Source: Octopus sinensis (lineage: Eukaryota). Taken from it: 64,000 bases of DNA. This document shows, piece after piece, positions 27,428 to 39,959 of this stretch (within the stretch, counting starts at the first letter, position 1; each line of letters opens with the position of its first letter). The stretch covers positions 118,730,001 through 118,794,000 of the forward strand of contig NC_043002.1 in NCBI RefSeq assembly GCF_006345805.1, written 5' to 3'. The notes beneath the pieces were generated by a model. That model saw nothing but the letters and a program-made list of their open reading frames with translations, did no database searches and was not told the DNA's origin. Both the position numbers and the translations under genes were made by a program.

Positions 27428-27992
27428 ATATATACAGTGTATTTCACTAAAAATGTCATCACAAAAGAGTTAAAAAGACCTGTGTAATTGTAAACTGAAT
27501 ATTTCCTCTTCCTATAAATAAAACATTTAAATTACACTTATACATGTTTCTATTGCATTAAAATATAAGTAATGGAAAGAAGACGTATTTCCTGACAATC
27601 ATATCAATTTATTATAAAGTCTCATCAAAGAATCTTGAGTTTAGTCACAAAGAAAGATGAGTGCTCCTCTTTAAAGTTTTATTGTATGATTAAGTACTTG
27701 AAATTACAAATTTGTAATGACTACTACACAAGTGAAACATATTTGACCACAAGAAGTTTATTACAATGTCTACGATGTAATGAGTAATTTTCTTGGCATA
27801 CTTTGCATGACCTTTAAAAGCTATCAAGTCTAATAACGGCTATTACCTATATGTAAATCTCTATTGTCAGTTGGTTAACCCTTTCCGTTTCATGGCCTCA
27901 ACAGCAACTACATTAAATTATTAACATTTCAAATCCAAGCATATAAAACAAAAGAGACTAAAACACTATATGGTATTAATGAAATTATAAAA

Positions 27993-28406
27993 GGCGGCAA
28001 GCTGGCAGAATTGTTAGCATGCCAGGCGAAATGCTTAGCGGTATTTCGCCTGTCGTTATGTTGGGAGTTCAAATTCCGCCGAGGTTGACTTTGCCTTTCA
28101 TCCTTTCGGGGTCGATTAATTAAGTACCAGTTACGCACTGGGGTCGATGTAATTGACTTAATACCTATGTCTGTCCTTGTTTGTCCCCTCTATGTTTAGC
28201 CCCTTGTGGGTAATAAAGAAATAGGTATTTCGTCTGCGTTACGTTGTGAGTTCAAATTCCGCCGAGGTTGACTTTGCCTTTCATCCTTTCGGGGTCGATT
28301 AATTAAGTACCAATTACGTACTGGGGGCGATGTAATCGACTTAATACCTATGTCTGTCCTTGTTTGTCCCCTCTGTGTTTAGCCCCTTGTGGGTAGTAAA
28401 GAAATA
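27993..28406 (+). mobile_element. SINE family B with tandem duplication of its 3' part
   Basis: Full copy 27993-28223 followed by partial copy 28224-28406; flanking repeat GGTATTAATGAAAT. Confidence 0.9.
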
Positions 28407-28782
28407 GGTATTAATGAAATGCAGAACAGAGGGCAGCTGACTGCTCCATGTCTGAAATGCACAAATAAATAATAAACGTAGGGTTCATGGAAAATTTATG
28501 TAACTAATTCATGTATTAACATGTAAATGTTATTTTGTTTTTGTTTTCTGAATGTTCCAGATTGAAAATTCCATTTTTGTTAGCACAACCAATTCAGCAA
28601 TTATATGAGCTATTAAAGGATCATCTATACAGCTGCTCAATCTGCTAGACATAGCAGCTCAAATCACAACCTACTATCTTGAAAAAAAAGTAAGGCTATG
28701 TTTAGGTAATATAGTCAAAAACACACAAAAAGACTGTCTTTGAACATGAGTCTACTCAATTAGAACTAACAAAATGAAAAAA

Positions 28783-29147
28783 TCAAAAATCAAAATCGAT
28801 CAACAAGAATGGAAATTGTCGCTGTGATATCAGTGCTGGTGGCACATAAGAGAACCATCTGAACGTGGCTGTTGCCAGTGCCGCCCTGACTGGCTTCCAT
28901 GCCTGTGGCACATAAAAAGCACCATCCGACTGTGGCCGTTTGCCAGACTTGTCTGGCACCTGTGCAGGTGGCACATAAAAAGCACCCACTACACTCATGG
29001 AGTGGTTGGCATTAGGAAGGGCATCCAGCCGTAGAAACATTGCCAGATCAGACTGGGCCTGGTGCAGCCTTCTGGCTTCCCAGACCCCAGTTGCACCATC
29101 CAACCCATGCTAGCATGGAAAGCGGACGCTAAACGATGATGATGATG
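28783..29147 (+). mobile_element. Family D, copy extending furthest 5'
   Basis: Its 5' part (AATGGAAATTGTCGCTGTGAT) matches the LINE 3' UTR upstream of the tandem unit. Confidence 0.85.
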
Positions 29148-29599
29148 AACTTATTCCTATGCAAAACTGACCCAATGAGAATAACATATAGAAAGAATAA
29201 ATATGAAATTATTAGATTCCATTTTTAATTGATATCACCAAGTTTGATCTGTTTTGGTAGCTGCTGCTTTCTGAATTGCAATATGTAGCACTAGAAACCA
29301 CCTATGAGTTGAAGGAGCGATTGCATAACCTACTAGAAATAGCAGTCAAATCTAAAATTATACTCTACAGTCTTAAGAGAAAAAAAAAGCTTTGAATAAT
29401 GTATCATAACTAAACTGTAGCTGAAAAAATTTTCTTAAAGATGACCAGAACACTTCATCAGATTTACTCAATCAGGACTGATCTGACTAACCAAGAAGAA
29501 AAAAACTTACATATCTTTCATTAAATGATGTGTGTTTCCATTTAAAACAGAATCTATGATATACTGATTTGTTAAAATTTTGCAGCTTTCCCTAGAATT

Positions 29600-29860
29600 C
29601 CATTGTTTGCCGGTGGCACGTAAAAAGCACCATCCGACCGTGGCCGTTTGTCAGCCTTATCTGGCACCTGTGCCGGTGGCACGTAAAAAGCACCCACTAC
29701 ACTCATGGAGTGGTTGGCGTTAGGAAGGGCATCCAGCCGTAGAGACAGTGCCAGATCAGACTGGGCCTGGTGCAGCCTTCTGGCTTCCCAGACCCCAGTT
29801 GCACCATCCAACCCATGCCAGCATGGAAAGCGGACACTAAACGATGATGATGATGATGAT
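29600..29860 (+). mobile_element. Family D
   Basis: Two units, the common tail and (GAT)n. Confidence 0.85.
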
Positions 29861-29871
29861 CGGATTACATG

Positions 29872-30370
29872 GAAGAAACAGAGGACTTGAAGCATCAACT
29901 TAGAGCAGACCGATGAAGTTAACATTTATTTCTTCCAATTTAATGACTATAATAAATTCTATGAAATAAAGACAAAAAATGTACTGAAGAGAGAATGCCA
30001 ATCAAGTTGATAAATGACAAAAAGTATCAGTACAAAATATGGTGCATTTTATAATTTTTGACATCAAATCCCTTAAGAAATTTAACACCTACTCCCACAC
30101 TAGTTTATACTGCCAATATATTTTGATTTCTATTGTCCAACAACTGTATTTATTAAAAACCTTTCAAAATATATTAAAAACAGGTTACTATGAATTAAAA
30201 TATATCAACTTTGAATTCATAATCATATATAAATACAGACCTTGCCTAACAAAAAGAGAAAAGAAAATAGGAAACCACAACCAGCAATTTGGTATTTTTC
30301 TCAGAAATACAAACACCTACACAATGATGACAAATGTGCATGATGCATACAAATGAGCAACTGTTACATC
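29872..30370. repeat. Old local duplication, copy 2 (blocks B-C-A)
   Basis: Homologous to 26240-27020 in permuted order. Confidence 0.8.
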
Positions 30371-30721
30371 AATCTGAGTGAGATTGCTTTACAGTTATTT
30401 AGTTTAACATGAATTGCTATTTCCTGTGGAGGAGGTTAATGAAACTATTGCTATACACCCATCTGTCTTCTAAACATCTTCACAGCAAGAAACCAGTCTA
30501 AGCAAGAAATTTCACAGATCATCATCATTAACATTTAACAACCATTTTCTATGCTGGCATGAGTTGGACAGCTTGACAGGAGCTGCTCAGGCCAGGAGCC
30601 GCAACAGGTCCCATAGTTTGTTATGGTTTCTATGGCTGGATGCCCTTCCTGATGCCAACCACTTTACAGAGTGTACTGGGTGGTTTTTATGTGGCACCAT
30701 CACCAGTGCTTTTTATGTGGA

Positions 30722-31108
30722 TGGAAGCACTCCGTCGGTTACGACGACGAGGGTTCCGGTTCATCCGAATCAACGGAACAGCCTGCTCGTGAAATTAATG
30801 TGTAAGTGGCTGAGCACTCCACAGACACGTGCACCCTTAACGTAGTTCTCGGGGATATTCAGCGTGACACAGAGAGTGACAAGGCCGGCCCCTTGAAATA
30901 CAGGTACAACAGAAACAGGAAGTAAGAGTGAGAGAAAGTTGCGGTGAAAGAGTACAGCAGGGATCACCACCATCCCCTGCCGGAGCCTCGTGGAGCTTTT
31001 TAGGTGTTTTCGCTCAATAAACACTCACAACGCCCGGTCTGGGAATCGAAACCACGATCCTATGACTGCGAGTCCACTGCCCTAACCACTGGGTCATTGC
31101 ACCTCCAC
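30722..31108 (-). mobile_element. SINE family C adjoining a diverged family D copy (30520-30720)
   Basis: Matches the 22851 copy. Confidence 0.9.
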
Positions 31109-32357
31109 TATGTAGCACCTTGGTTTTAGGATATCAATTTTGTTGTGGTGGGCAGGTCTTCTTGAGAACAGCAATGCACCACATAGCTCAGTCTTCTGTC
31201 ATCTTTGTAACGCCCAGCGTTTTGAGATCAGTCTTCAATACTTCATCTCAGGTCTTCCTAGATGTCTCTCTTCTATAACTTACCTCTGCTTTAAGTGGTC
31301 AACACTTCTTCATGCAACATTTAAACATTAGCCTCATGCTGTGTTTGTTTTTTTTTGTTGTTTTTTTGTTTTTAAACAATGTTTTAAGTTGAAGCACAAA
31401 CAAAAATACTTCAGAATTTCTTTCTGATATACAAGTCCTGGATCACATCAGTTCCTGTCATACCACCCAGGCCATTTCAGTATGGGACATAAACATTAAA
31501 TAATGATGAAAATAAGAAATTAATATATAAGCTCAATGTGTCCACACACACAAAAAAAAAAAAAAAAAATCCAACAATTTTGTTATTTAAATCCATTCCA
31601 TATAAAAATGAAATATGTAATAGGTTTATTATATAAACACATAAATTAGTATCAAATAACAGTTGGAAACTAACACAAGTCAAACTAATTAATGTATGAT
31701 GTTAAGGCAAACTAAGAGAGTTATCTCTATAATGAAAAAGAAGAAAAGAAAAATGACATTTCTACAGCACCAAACATACCCTCAAATTCCATTTATAGCA
31801 AATAACATAGTTAACCTATCCTTAAAGCTGTGAAACATTGGCAAGAGAGTGGAATGTCAGATATTTTTTTTTATGGGTGAATCTAGTTCAGTATCAGTCT
31901 GGGCTCAAATTCTAACAAGACCAGCTTTGCCTTTCATTTATCTAAAGGAATTTATACCGAATAATCAAGGCCATGGAGTTGAAAAATTGCAGCCAGAAGG
32001 ATTTATTATTGGATTACTAGAACTAGTAAAAAAAATATACCAACTCCAAATGTAATATAGAACATGTTAAAATTTCCAATTTCACAGATACTAATTTTAA
32101 AATAATCTCATCACATTTTAGGATACAACAAACATTATTCTGTCTCTAAGAACCAAATGTTCATAAATTTTATAATCAAATTTTTCTATTTAACACCTAT
32201 TCAATAGATACAATGTTTCTTTAATAAATTTTTTAGGGCTAAACTTTTTAATCCTGAACAAGAGAGTTTTTATTCTATTTCATATAATCTTCCTACTATA
32301 TTTACTGGAATTTTATATTCAAACAATGCTTTAACCTCAAAGAATAAGGGTTATATA

Positions 32358-32578
32358 TAAGGAAGTGCTGAAAAGTTCCTGGCTTTGAGTACAAGAAAAT
32401 ACAGGAGAATCAGTTAATTATGATTTTATTCAACATGTTCCCTAACCCTCAGATACACACGTTTATTGTAGCAGTCCTTCAATTTTACTAAGCCTTGTAA
32501 AAGAACTTGGAAGGTTTGGCCTCCAACTAGGCCTTTCGTGATACCCCTAAAGCCAGGAACTTTTCAGCAACCCCTTTA
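32358..32578. mobile_element. Tc1/mariner-type MITE
   Basis: Inverted termini TGCTGAAAAGTTCCTGGCTTT / AAAGCCAGGAACTTTTCAGCA with TA at the ends. Confidence 0.75.
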
Positions 32579-32579
32579 A

Positions 32580-32801
32580 CCCTTTTGTTACCAACCCGGC
32601 TGAAACCGGCTCTGGTTCTGTAATACAAATGTCTTGTTTTCATAAGTTTTGAATTAAAATCTTCCACAAAACCTTATTCACAATTTATGTTCCTAACACT
32701 AGCTTAATGATAACTAAGTTATTTTACTAAATTCTTTGTTATATTTAAAATTAATTGAAAGAAACACAGAGCATCTCAAAATAAATACAGTAATGAAAGA
32801 G
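32580..32801. mobile_element. MITE family F
   Basis: TTAA flanks. Confidence 0.85.
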
Positions 32802-33018
32802 TTAATCTGAGTTTATTTCTTTTAAAATAGTCATTTGTTAAGTTACTTTATGTATGTAGCCTTTTAAGTTTAAAGTATTTTAGATTTTTGAACTGGCAAA
32901 CAAAGATGTTCTAGGATTTTATTTTCATTTTTGCTTTTTTTATAGTTTAGTCTTAAAATAAAAGCCCCATCTACAATTTTTCAAATTTTGCCTTATGCTT
33001 AATTATCTGTAACTTTAA

Positions 33019-33238
33019 CACTTTCGTTACCAACCTGGCTGAAAACGGCTCTGGCTCTGAGTACAAATGTCTTGTTTTCATAAGTTTTATATTAATATCT
33101 TCCACTAAACCTTAGTCACAATTTATATGCTTAACACTAGCTTAATTATAACTAAGTTATTTTACTAAATTCTTTGTTATATTTAAAGTAATTGAAAGAA
33201 ACAGAGAGCATCTCAAAATAAATACAGTAACGAAAGGG
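33019..33238. mobile_element. MITE family F
   Basis: TTAA flanks. Confidence 0.85.
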
Positions 33239-34039
33239 TTAATATATATAAAAATGCCACAGCAATAGAACTATGACATTTAAGTTGAAACTTTAACGGA
33301 CTGGGATGTAAGAAGGTAAGCTGAAGATTCACACTAGCCATGTGAATTGTGTGGCTTCAGTGAATACAAAAAATATGTGATTAGTTCAATTATAAATAAA
33401 GGAGCTGGAGGTATACAATATATTAAGGGGTTAAAGAATTGATATCCACAGGCCATATATTATAATCAACTAGATTTTTCTAGAATAATTAGCCTGGTCA
33501 AAACAAAAGATATCATGTAACATCCAACAAGGTATAGGTTGTAGATAGACCAGTCACTCAATACCCATTTCTGTAATATTAATAGGTATAGGAAGTTAAC
33601 AAATCCTGGATAGAATGCTAATATCTGTTAAAGGTAACATTCTTGAAAAGATCTCCCTTATAACATTTCATCAAAGTATAAAATGTCTCTGGTGGGCCTT
33701 TAAAGGTCAATGCTCAATGTGGTTTCATGTTTTCAGTGGATAAGATTGCCAAGCTGTCTCATATAACATTCCCAAATAAACTGACACTTTATTCGGTATA
33801 TGAAGCAAGGCACAAAGAATTGAGTTTAATGTCCTAATACCCAATGAAAGAAACACCTGCAGATAAAATAGGTTTGTGTTGCCATTTCATTTTAGCTAAT
33901 ACATGTTGAGAAGAGGTAAACAGAATTAAGTAGCTTACTGAGAGATACAGGATACTGGCAACAGGCAAAATAAACTCACCATTGTTATTGATAAGGAACA
34001 AATAAATATATTATATATTAATATATATATATATATATA

Positions 34040-35106
34040 TGTTAATAAAATAGAACATATGCATATATATAAACAATATGTACGTACCTACCTCTACATG
34101 TACATATACACGCATATATGTGTACAGGACACCAAAAAGACGTCGAACACATAGAGAGACGAAACACATAGACACAAACCAAGGAACAAGACAAGCAAAA
34201 AAAAAGGGAGAGATACAGGACAATAAGCACAACGAAAAATCCCCTTCTTCAGTCGCTAAGATTTCATCTACTAAACGTTTCGAAGGATAAAAGCGAGACG
34301 TATACTTCGAAGAAAAATTCCTTCCCGCGAAAAGCAAATCAATTAAAATTCTGAGATCTTTTCGCAGAGGGGTAAAAAAAAAAAAAAACCAAGACGGTAA
34401 CGACAGTACAAACATATAAACAGTAAAATATATATATATAAACAGTGGAAAAATAAATATATAACAGTGAGAGACAGGACAAGGAGAACAAGATAAGAAG
34501 GGCTGTTAACGCCAGACGAAAAAAGCATTGCAAACGCTAGATTATCGTGGCCGACGAGAGAGAGAAAAATGTGTCGACCAGTAGCCTTACAAGGCGGGCG
34601 AGAAAAGACAGGATAGCAGTTACGACGGAAGTATCGTCGCAGATGGACGACGGGAATGGGGGAGGAGGAGCAAGAGGAAGGGAGAGAAGAAGGGGAATGG
34701 TGCGAGGAGACCATGAAGAATGGTGAAGGGAGAGAGAGATGAAGAATGATGAGAGAGAGGAAGAGACAAGTTAAGTGAGGGAAAAAAGACGAAAAAGGGA
34801 ATGGGAGAGAAAGAAAGAAAATTGCAGAGTCGCGTGAGAGTTAATATCAAGGCTAACTTGATAAACAGAACAATCTTACTTAATAGGGTGCGTGGCGTTT
34901 AGTGTCGTATAATATGTTAATAAAATAGAACATATGCATATATAAACATATATGTACGTACCTACCTCTACATGTACATATACACGCATATATGTGTACA
35001 GGACACCAAAAAGACGTCGAACACATAGAGAGACGAAACACATAGACACAAACCAAGGAACACAAGACAAGCAAAAAAAAGGGAGAGATACAGGACAATA
35101 AGCACA
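34040..35106. mobile_element. CpG-rich ~1.07-kb element with ~190-bp terminal direct repeats (Penelope-like partial tandem or TRIM-like)
   Basis: 34040-34232 is near-identical to 34915-35106; embedded in (TA)n; no credible ORF. Confidence 0.5.
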
Positions 35107-35577
35107 ATATATATATACACACACACACACACACAAACACACACGAGCAAAATGCCCCCGCCCCCACCGTCCAATGGACGGTACTGAGTTGTCAAACATT
35201 TAAACCAAATTTTCTCAAAACAACTTGTCCGACCATCCCATAGGCCTCTCCTTTCAGAAACACTGATTTAACCTAAGTTTGAGACACCAGCAAAAGAAGA
35301 AATAAAGATAGACTTTTTTTTCTATTCCAAGAAAAACGATTTTATATATATATATACATATATATACACATGTATGCATGTCTTTGTGTGTGTTCCCCAC
35401 CACTGCTTGACAACCAGTCTAGGTTTGTTTATAGTTCCCGTAACTTAGCAGTTCAGCAAATACCAATAAAATAAGTCCTGGGGGTAATTTGTGCGACTAA
35501 ACTTTTGAAGGTGGTACCACATATCAATGACTGAATTAAGATGTGTGTGTGTTCATTTTATTGTCTGTTTTTCCAAG

Positions 35578-35685
35578 CTTGCATGGATTCGGATGGGGAG
35601 TTATTTGAACCAGATGCCACCAGTTTTCAAACAAGGGATATCTTTGATCCAGAGATCTTCAAACAATTAATCATAATGTCTACAA
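35578..35685 (+). CDS. Candidate 108-nt phase 1-1 exon (CMDSDGELFEPDATSFQTRDIFDPEIFKQLIIMST)
   Basis: Pyrimidine tract with AAG acceptor, open frame and GTAATG donor; product not recognised. Confidence 0.25.
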
Positions 35686-35920
35686 GTAATGACGAGCATG
35701 CACAAACACACACAACATCTATGCATACAACAGATGCTTGTAATTTCTGACAGATCCTACCCCAGGAGCAGTAGTTAACTTACGGCAAAAGTAGACATTT
35801 GCTGAACTTTTTAGTATTTAAAACTGGCCACATCCAGCCCAAATATCCTACCAGCTTTATGTTCAAACTGTCAAAATCTTACATCTACCTTAAAATGTCA
35901 TTCTAAAAATACATACTCAT

Positions 35921-36108
35921 AGGCGCAGGAGTGGCTGTGTGGTAAGTAGCTTGCTAACCAACCACATGGTTCTGGGTTCAGTCGCACTGCGTGGCATCTT
36001 GGGCAAGTGTCTTCCACTATAGCCTCGGGCCGACCAATGCCTTGTGAGTGGATTTGGTAGACGGAAACTGAAAGAAGCCTGTCGTATATATGTATGTATG
36101 TGTGTGTG

Positions 36109-36144
<36 letters not shown>

Positions 36145-36464
36145 TCATCATCATCATCATCATCATTTAATGTCCGCTTTCCATGCTAGCATGGGCTGGA
36201 CGATTTGACTGAGGACTGGCGATATTTATATGTGTGTGTATGTGTTTGTGTCTGTCTTTGTTCCCCCTAGCATTGCTTGACAACTGATGCTGGCGTGTTT
36301 ACGTCCCCGTCACTTAGCGGTTCGGCAAAAGAGACCGATAGAATAAGTACTGGGCTTACAAAGACTAAGTCCCGGGGTCGATTTGCTCGACTAAAGGTGG
36401 TGCTCCAACATGGCCACAGTCAAATGACTGAAACAAGTAAAAGAGTAAAAAGAGTAAAAGAGAG
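35921..36464 (+). mobile_element. SINE A inside an old MITE E, with a family D fragment (36142-36220) nested in its (TA)n
   Basis: Three-level nesting read directly. Confidence 0.85.
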
Positions 36465-37105
36465 ATATCACTGGCATCTCAAAATTACAAGATAATGCAT
36501 AATTAACTTAAAACTGCAAATTAATAAATATTGAATTTGACAGAGTGATCTAAATGCTAAAGGTTTAAAGTGCCACACAGTGAGATCACACCAGGAAACA
36601 GTTGTGAAACAAACTTCTTAATCACACAGTGAAGCCCACTCCCATTATATATCATTTGAAAAACACTTTACGATTCAATATAAGAAGTTTGCAAATGGTA
36701 ATCTTCTTGAATAATTTGCTTTGAAATGTACTTCTAAGAAATATTTTCTCACCCTCATTTTCTAGTGTTTCCAAATTACTGGTATTTCAGTACCAAATCA
36801 TTCGAAGGCCACCCACTCAGAACTACTGCCCACTATTTCCTGCAGATGATCAAGAGACTTTATATTTAGCACAAATATGTAACACCTCTTCCTGAGCAAG
36901 AATTGTAATAGATGAAGTCACTCTGGGAACACACGACAAAATCATTTTAATTCAGATGAATTATTTCTTCTAGCTATGAGAATTATTAACACAGAAAATT
37001 AGGACTGTTGATAAATATTTCACTGAATATGTTTATTTATTTTGACCGTTTTTGTGGGGGTGGGGAGTAAGTCCGTTTGTGAGTGAATGAGTGTATATAT
37101 ATATT

Positions 37106-37504
37106 CTCTTTTACTTGTTTCAGTCATTTGACTGTGGCCATGCTGGAGCACTGCCTTTAGTCGAGCAAATCGACCCCTGGACTTATTCTTTTTGTAAGCC
37201 CAGTACTTATTCTATCGGTCTCTTTTGCCGAACGCTAAGTGACGGGGACATAAACACAGCAGCATCGGTTGTCAAGCAATGCTAGGGGAACAAACACAGA
37301 CACACAAACACACACATACATATATATACATACATATATACGACAGGCTTCTTTCAGTTTCCATCTACCAAATCCACTCACAAGGCTTTGGTCAGCCCAG
37401 GGCTATAGCAGAAGACACTTGCCCAAGATGCCACGCAGTGGGACTGAACCCGGAACCATGTGGTTGGTAGACAAGCTACTTACCACACAGCCACTCCTGC
37501 GCCT
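37106..37504 (-). mobile_element. SINE family A
   Basis: Full length. Confidence 0.9.
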
Positions 37505-38239
37505 AGTATCCTCCCGTTGGTTGCCATATATATATATATATATTTTGCCATATATATATATATTATATATTCATCATCATCATGGTTTATATATATATAT
37601 ATATTTTCTTTTAGGATTAAATAAAAAGACAACAAACAAAATATGACATACCTGTATGTATGTATGTATAATTTTTTAAAAAGTGTTCTTAAAATTGTTC
37701 AACATATTAACAAATCACCATGTTCACACTTAAAATACAAGTAGATTAATAGATTCACTGAAGCTTAGTTGTTGCTATAAAAATGACACTGAATGTATAT
37801 AAATAAATGTTTGCATCATTTTTGTAATGGAACCTGATAATGCAAGTTCAATATGCTTACAAAAGTAATACAAAAAAAGTCTTTGAAAGCATATATAACA
37901 TCCCTCGGGTGAAGGATGTTGGAACAACGGTAGTTGAGAAATATGTCACTCGATGCATCTGTAAATTTCAGACAGCAACAATGGGAGATGATATTGTGTT
38001 TCAACAGTTGACATTCCTTCTGAAGTAGAGTCTACAATTGTCAATGCCTATCATATAAGATGAAGAAGTTACCAAAATACAAACTTTGTGACTTTTTAAA
38101 ATCTTTTACTTGCTTCTATCACTGGACTAGGGCAGTAATTCTAAACCATTTTTTACTTATTTTACTCAAATGGACCCTTATAGTCATTTGATGTTTAAAA
38201 AAATTCTCATTATATCTATATAATTAAATATTAAGAATT

Positions 38240-38468
38240 CATCATCATCATTTAGCGTCCGCTTTCCATGCTAGCATGGGTTGGACGGTTCAACTGGGGT
38301 CTGTGAAGCCAGAAGGCTGCATCAGGCCCAGTCTGATCTGGCAGTGTTTCTACGGCTGGATGCCCTTCCTAATGCCAACCACTCCATGAGTGTAGTGGGT
38401 GCTTTTTACGTGCCACCCGCACAGGTGCCAGACGGAGCTGGCAAACGGCCACGGATGGATGGTGCTTT
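38240..38468 (-). mobile_element. Family D
   Basis: (ATC)n, the common tail and one unit. Confidence 0.85.
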
Positions 38469-39067
38469 GTATAAATAAAAGAATTGCATAAATAAAAAAA
38501 AATCATTAAAATATTTTGTGCATTGTAGAAGTATAAACAATTTATTGCACCAAAATTCTATATAGAGCCCCACAAGGGTCACATGGACCCCGATTGAGAC
38601 ATTTGACTAAGGCCATGCTGGGTCACTGCCTTGAAACGTTTTAGTCAAAAGAACTGACACCAGTACTTATGTTTTAATGCCTGGCACATTTTTCTGTCAG
38701 TATCTCTTGTCAAACTGGTAAGTTACAGGGTGGTAAACAAACCTACATTTGTTGACAGCTTCTTTCAGTGTCCATCTACCAAATCCACTCACAAAGCTTT
38801 GGTCCAGGGCTATTGCAAAAGACATTTGCACAAGATACCATGCAGTGGGACTGAACACAGAATCATGTAGTTGGGAAGCATTTTGTTAACCACACGGTCA
38901 TGCACTTGGAGGATACATAAATTGTGCAACAAAAAGAACTTTCAAGCTGCAGGTAGTTTTTCTTTAAAAAGTGATGAATGTGTAGAACAAATTGAGGTGT
39001 TTAACAATAAAGTGAACGTGTTTAATTAGAAAGCAAGCAAAACATCACTTGAAGCTAAACTGGAAAA

Positions 39068-39319
39068 CATCAGAGAAGGATGAGGCGAGCTGGACACTAC
39101 ATCAGACACACTGATGAAATTGCTGACAAGCTAGTGCTTTGGCAACCAACGGAAGGAAGTACCAAGAGAGGAAGACGACCTATATCAACAACTTGGTGGA
39201 GGATACTGGTATAGAAGGGGGTACAGGAGCTGAGGACCACAACGGAAGATCAAGATGAATGGGGAAAACGTATGGAAAGAGTCTTGGGGCGTCCTGTGGG
39301 ATGACCTAGATGGATAGAT
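39068..39319 (+). pseudogene. C-terminal remnant of an RTEX/Proto2-like LINE ORF
   Basis: With two frameshifts it reads HQRRMRRAGHYIRHTDEIADKLVLWQPTEGSTKRGRRP/TYINNLVEDTG/.../VQELRTTTEDQDEW, a typical LINE C-terminus; short GATG/GATA tail. Confidence 0.65.
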
Positions 39320-39580
39320 CAGTTCGAATATGCAAGTGGATGCCTGGAAAAAAATTATCTTAATTCTAAAGAACTTTTAGTATTAATCAAGATTTGTTTA
39401 ATTCAACTCCTAGTAATTAATTTGCCTTTCACTCATTTGCTGAGACAGAATGTACCACCAAACACAATATCGTCAAAGAAATCACTACCATTAGCATTCC
39501 AGTTTATTTGTTATGGCACAAAAACAATGCAGTGCTATTTTTGAGCATGTAAAGTAAAAAAGAAAAGAATGAGAGATGAT

Positions 39581-39959
39581 AGGAGTGGCTGTGTGGTAAG
39601 TAGCTTGCTAACCAACCACATGGTTCCGGGTTCAGTCCCACTGCGTGGCATCTTGGGCAAGTGTCTTCTGCTATAGCCCCAGGCCGACCAATGCCTTGTG
39701 AGTGGATTTGGTAGACGGAAACTGAAAGAAGCCTGTCGTATATATGTATATAGATATATGTGTGTGTCTGTGTTTGTCCCCTAGCATTGCTTGACAACCG
39801 ATGCTGGTGTGTTTATGTCCCTGTCACTTAGCGGTTCGGCAAAAGAGACCGATAGAATAAGTACTGGGCTTACAAAGAATAAGTCCTGGGGTTGGTTGCT
39901 CGACTAAAGGTGGTGCTCCAGCATGGCCGCAGTCAAATGACTGAAACAAGTAAAAGAGT
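39581..39959 (+). mobile_element. SINE family A
   Basis: Near full length. Confidence 0.9.

Noticed and set aside
34230-34300. Type II hammerhead ribozyme
   Set aside because: GAAAC and CUGAAGA are present but stem I cannot close correctly; kept only as motif resemblance.
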